Positions 59,835-64,000 of a stretch of 64,000 nt of DNA are shown one piece after another. Position numbers and translations under genes: made by a program. This DNA is from Amoeboaphelidium occidentale (lineage: Eukaryota): positions 1 to 64,000 of the forward strand of contig JALGPX010000005.1 of the NCBI GenBank assembly GCA_023515795.1, in the 5' to 3' direction. Within the stretch, counting starts at the first letter, position 1, and every line of letters begins with the position of its first letter. Under the pieces are notes generated by a model that was given only the letters and a program-made list of their open reading frames with translations, was not told the DNA's origin and searched no databases.

Positions 59835-60698
59835 ATGCTTCCGATACTTTGTCAAACAATCATTGCGACACTGTTCGTTTTAAGTTTCTACTATTACAAA
59901 GTCCCTCAAAGACTGAAAGCTAAACACAGAGATGATTATGAAGTTGTTCTATTCCGAATTAAAAGAATTTCCCTTCTGTCTTTACTATGTTACATTCTCT
60001 GTTTTTACGCAGAGCTCCGGCAGCAAGATGCATCTATTTCTAAAGCATTCTATTCTACTAATGAAAAACTTGGCTTGAATTTCAGCATGCATTCTCTACT
60101 ACAAACCCTGTACTCTCTAGCAAGAGTCTTGATCTTATTCTCTGGCCCAATTATAGAATCTCTACTAGAACGCTACAACTTTATTGATACTTTGTACTAC
60201 TACCACTACTACCAAAAAGATGAAGATGAAGAGAGCGAACCTTTGCATATAATCCTACGCAATTACTTGTTTGCCCCATTCTACGAAGAATTCATTTTCA
60301 GATCATGCTTCCATTTCATTAACAGCGAGAGCATGATTCCTAGTCAGATACTTTTCGGTCTGTCCCATATTCACCACCACGTACTATCCTCTAACGCTAC
60401 TATAATACAGAGACTACATGGATGCATACTACAATTTACTTATACTACTCTATTTGGCATTTACACATTTTATCTATTCTCTAGGCCTCCAGCAGAAGAA
60501 AAGAATCTATGGGAAATTGTGGCAGTACACTCTTTATGCAACTACCTGGGATTCCCATCCTTTATAGTATTACAAGAGTATCTCAGTGGAAACAGGAAAA
60601 ATCTATTCCTTACTCTAGTAGTAGTCATCATGCTCCTATACATCATAGGACCCATAGCTTTTTATTTACTTCATCATCATCATCATCATCACTATTAA
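59835..60698 (+). CDS. RCE1: CAAX prenyl protease 2
   Basis: RNYLFAPFYEEFIFR, FGLSHIHH, QFTYTTLFG, HSLCNYLGFP. Confidence 0.9.
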   Translation: MLPILCQTIIATLFVLSFYYYKVPQRLKAKHRDDYEVVLFRIKRISLLSLLCYILCFYAELRQQDASISKAFYSTNEKLGLNFSMHSLLQTLYSLARVLILFSGPIIESLLERYNFIDTLYYYHYYQKDEDEESEPLHIILRNYLFAPFYEEFIFRSCFHFINSESMIPSQILFGLSHIHHHVLSSNATIIQRLHGCILQFTYTTLFGIYTFYLFSRPPAEEKNLWEIVAVHSLCNYLGFPSFIVLQEYLSGNRKNLFLTLVVVIMLLYIIGPIAFYLLHHHHHHHY

Positions 60699-61811
60699 TT
60701 AAAGCTGCTGTTCCAACCTCCCTGCATAAATCAACCCATCATCCCCACCACTCAACACCACCATCAAATTTTCTTCAGGTGTCAAAGCAAACTCTGTACA
60801 ATTAACTACACCCATATGCCCATACAATTTATACAACAATTTAGCATCCATTCCATCATTCAAAAAGAGATCCCAAACACAAACAGTACAATCAGATGAG
60901 CCAAAAGTCACGAAATCAGAATTCATACTTCCTCTAATAATTCTTAAAGTAGTAGAAGAATATGATCCTAAACATACTTTGAATAATCTCTGAGTAGTCT
61001 GATCCACCATTAGAACTTCTTCTTTTGAATTTGAATTTGAATTAGAATTTGAATTTGAATTTGAATTACAAGACGATACTACAGAATTGGATATGTCCCA
61101 TACGTAGACACAATTGTCTCCCATTGAATGACTCATCAAAAGATTACTTTTAGTATTCAATTGCATAAACAAGACTGTATTCCTTGTCCTCAAAGTATAC
61201 TGATACTGCAATTGTACATCATTCCCTATTGTAATAGTATAACATTGTATACAGTCATCAGTTGATGCTATAAATAGACACTCAATTGAATTAATGCTAT
61301 TTATAGCACAACAAGTAACAGGATAAGGTCTCTTTATAAATTCCTTTTTCAAAGTAGAAGTAGAGATGATGTATATTCCTTCGTCTGTACCAACAATTAT
61401 ATAATTCTTGTTTATAGAAATACAATTAGCCACATCATCATCATCATTAGAAGAAGAAGAAGAAGAAGAAGAATTCAGTTTAATACTTTTAAAATAATCC
61501 ACATGAATATTCCCATTATCCTCAATCTCCACTTTATACAACAAAACTTGATTCTTTAATAAAACAAATAAAAGTAAATCTTCTTCTTCTTTTGAGATGA
61601 TGACGTAATCCACAATTAATTCTTTTGTTTGTGTTTTGTTTACATTCTTAATTCCTTCCTTTGTTGCTGTGATTGACCAGAATAGTAGAAGATTATCAGA
61701 AGAAGAAATGAATGAATTTCCATTTGGAAAAGATTTTATATTTTTCACAGGGGAATTGTGACCAGTCAGGATTATAATGTCATTCTTAGTTGTTGTTGTT
61801 GTTGTGTTCAT
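60699..61811 (-). CDS. divergent WD40 protein, U5-40K/SNRNP40-like
   Basis: LTGH, SHSMGDNCVYVWD, GSSDCTVCVWD, LYKLYGHMGVVN, IYAGRL. Confidence 0.65.
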   Translation of the reverse strand: MNTTTTTTKNDIIILTGHNSPVKNIKSFPNGNSFISSSDNLLLFWSITATKEGIKNVNKTQTKELIVDYVIISKEEEDLLLFVLLKNQVLLYKVEIEDNGNIHVDYFKSIKLNSSSSSSSSNDDDDVANCISINKNYIIVGTDEGIYIISTSTLKKEFIKRPYPVTCCAINSINSIECLFIASTDDCIQCYTITIGNDVQLQYQYTLRTRNTVLFMQLNTKSNLLMSHSMGDNCVYVWDISNSVVSSCNSNSNSNSNSNSNSKEEVLMVDQTTQRLFKVCLGSYSSTTLRIIRGSMNSDFVTFGSSDCTVCVWDLFLNDGMDAKLLYKLYGHMGVVNCTEFALTPEENLMVVLSGGDDGLIYAGRLEQQL

Positions 61812-62144
61812 TTTAGGAAGAAGAGGAAGAAGAAGAACAAGAAAAGCGAGAAAGAAAAATTCTGTTTATCAATCATGATTGGTCAAAGTTTAGTTTCGTA
61901 GAACTCAGAATATANGAATTTCCATTTGGAAAAGATTTTATATTTTTCACAGGGGAATTGTGACCAGTCAGGATTATAATGTCATTCTTAGTTGTTGTTG
62001 TTGTGTTCATTTTAGGAAGAAGAAGAAGAAGAAGAAGAAGAAAAGCGAGAAAGAAAAATTCTGTTTATCAATCATGATTGGTCAAAGTTTAGTTTCGTAG
62101 AACTCAGAATATATTTTTATTATTGTAGTAGTAGTAGTAGTAGT
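61021..62144. repeat. microsatellite cluster (TTTGAA)n, (TCA)n, (GAA)n, (GTT)n, (TAG)n
   Basis: Directly visible tandem runs; in the WD40 gene they encode poly-NS, poly-D, poly-S and poly-T tracts. Confidence 0.9.
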
Positions 62145-62168
62145 AATACTCACTCCTCCGAATCATCC

Positions 62169-62918
62169 TCACTCAACTGAAACATAGACTTGCTCTTTTA
62201 GACTCTTGATAGTTTCCTCTTGTTCTTTTACTTTTGCTTGTAAAGATTCAACTAGTTCTTCAAGTGATTTTTGTTTTAGTTCCAGCTGTTTGAATTTTCT
62301 CATGACTTCAGCATTTGTAGAGAATTGGCATGATTTCACATGTTGCAATAATTGGTGGCGTTTTACATGGATTTCGCATCCCAAGTCTTCATTGTCGCAT
62401 GAAACAGTTTGGTAGGAGCATTCTTTTAAATGAGTCTTTAAAGTAGATCTTGTAATTGATTCTGTGGTACAGCCGTCTTTGAAGTTTGGGCACTTCATTG
62501 TCAGCAGCTCGAGTTCGCGTTGTAACAGCAGAGGGGCTTCTTCTGGATTGTTGTTTTCTTTATCAGAACAGGTCTCGCATAGCATGGAATCATTAGAATA
62601 GAACATCTTTAGTGGCACTTTTGAGCAGGTGGAACAGGTGAAGATCTTCTTTTGGGTCGCGTCTTTTAGTTGGTAGAGGTTTCCATCAGTACCTTCCGCC
62701 TCATACTTTGAAGGTTTTGATGAAGATGGGGCAGATGGAGCAGGAGGTGCAGCAGAAGGAGGAGCGCATGCACTGGAACCAAATGAAAATCCGATCGATT
62801 GCGCAGGTGCAGCAGCAGGAGGAGGAGCAGCAGGCATTCCAAATGAGAAGCTGGGAGCCTCATGTCTTGTCTTGGCGGCTATACCAAATGCCGTACTACT
62901 TGAAGTGGCACCAAACAT
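62169..62918 (-). CDS. TRAF-type zinc finger protein with FG/Pro-rich N-terminus
   Basis: Degenerate RING-like region, CPNFKDGC...HLKEC...CDNEDLGC...HVKSC, coiled coil. Start codon uncertain. Confidence 0.7.
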   Translation of the reverse strand: MFGATSSSTAFGIAAKTRHEAPSFSFGMPAAPPPAAAPAQSIGFSFGSSACAPPSAAPPAPSAPSSSKPSKYEAEGTDGNLYQLKDATQKKIFTCSTCSKVPLKMFYSNDSMLCETCSDKENNNPEEAPLLLQRELELLTMKCPNFKDGCTTESITRSTLKTHLKECSYQTVSCDNEDLGCEIHVKRHQLLQHVKSCQFSTNAEVMRKFKQLELKQKSLEELVESLQAKVKEQEETIKSLKEQVYVSVE

Positions 62919-63302
62919 TTTGTAGATTGGAAAATTCTGTGAGGGATTTTCGTGGTTACAGCAATCTGGTAGCCAATCAGCTTTTTCATGGTACTCGTCG
63001 CTCTGTACTGTTTCATTAACCCCTTGCAGGAATGATAAAAATGTCATCCCAAAGTTCGCTCTGAGCAGGCTGCTTCAGTTCTCAATCCGCGGCTGGCTAA
63101 TGGTCGTTTGAAATCTGACTTGGGAAAGGATCTGAATTATAGATCGATTCGAGTCCAAACAACTGATGTTCATCATACGCATTTCCAACACTTCTATAAC
63201 GAGAGCCTGCCGATATCGATTGAAGATATTGAAAGTTGAAACTTCATCTAGTAGAGATTACAGGATGTTCATGAACTTTGTCTGATTTTCTGTTTTGACA
63301 GG

Positions 63303-64000
63303 ATGATAGATCGAATCGGCAGTTCTTCTCTATTTAGCGCCATGTGGTGCAGTTGGCGTAAATCGTGGATATTTTGGGCGTTTTGCTTTTTGAACTTTTG
63401 CGTTTTGGTATCCTTGGCTTTATTCCGCGGTAGCAATGGCGATTTTGGAGTTAACTACGGAATATCGTTGTTTTCCAGTTGGTTCGAAAGACCCAATGCA
63501 GAATACAACAAGAGAGTACCTTCATTCATTATAAATGCGTGGCCTGAGAGGTTTAGAAAATGTTACTTGAGGGCAGACAATGACGAAGATTTCGTTGATC
63601 GAAAAGCCACGAAGCCTAAAGTGGCCATTGTTCAGTCCATTGACAAGGACAGAGTTAATGATGAATTCATCAATGCAACTGCAATGATGAAATGTTATTG
63701 TAAGAAGCACGGCTGTGTTGCAGTGAAGAATATCATGGAAAAAGATCCAGCTAGCTCAATGCACTTCTATTCAAGGCGCTGGGGATCCATACTTCGAGAT
63801 TACTTTCATACCGCGGAGTATGTATTTGGCGCAGATACAGATTTGGTCCCAGTTGATTTTAAAAGAGACGTTGCAGACTTTGTTAACGCGATAGAGAAAG
63901 AGGATAGTACAAATTCTGTTTTCATTCATGTTCGACGGAATTACGAAATCACCGCATCATTTTTAGGTTTCAAAACTCAAGATAAGTTTGCAAAGTGTTT
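63303..64000 (+). CDS. DUF273/GT34-like type II membrane glycosyltransferase (3' partial; not in ORF track)
   Basis: Frame open to the window end: TM segment, KVAIVQ, MKCYCKKHG, FYSRRW, YVFGADTD (DxD), EITAS. Confidence 0.65.
   Translation, partial: MIDRIGSSSLFSAMWCSWRKSWIFWAFCFLNFCVLVSLALFRGSNGDFGVNYGISLFSSWFERPNAEYNKRVPSFIINAWPERFRKCYLRADNDEDFVDRKATKPKVAIVQSIDKDRVNDEFINATAMMKCYCKKHGCVAVKNIMEKDPASSMHFYSRRWGSILRDYFHTAEYVFGADTDLVPVDFKRDVADFVNAIEKEDSTNSVFIHVRRNYEITASFLGFKTQDKFAKC

Noticed and set aside
60672..60692. Engineered His-tag or vector contamination at the RCE1 C-terminus
   Set aside because: It is a natural (CAT)n microsatellite within a repeat-rich block, and no vector sequence is nearby.

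Overview
This is a eukaryotic, very gene-dense window in the standard genetic code, with 30-50 nt GT-AG introns and abutting or overlapping genes. It most likely comes from an early-diverging, fungus-related parasite (aphelid/rozellid-like); this is inferred from a divergent IFT172, a Crinkler-like gene and several families patchy or absent in Dikarya. The first 8.4 kb is an accessory island. It holds a Crinkler-like REase+kinase ORF, a defective Ty3/Gypsy element, and the LTR and integrase tail of a second Gypsy family. That second LTR sits with a 4-bp TSD between an initiator tRNA-Met gene and its upstream TATA-like box. The island also has a U1 snRNA gene and an internally deleted Fanzor/TnpB-type remnant (Zn-finger, RuvC-III WNRDINAARNI, RPxxFxR tail). 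The remnant is followed by about 175 nt of structured, omega-RNA-like sequence that runs directly into the GPN3 stop codon. The rest is about 35 mostly housekeeping genes, plus candidate polysaccharide lyases and glycosyltransferases and an AT- and microsatellite-rich block near 60-62 kb. Several apparent tandem duplications flank N joins and are probably haplotype or assembly overlaps. All family calls come from recognised motifs; no database search was run.
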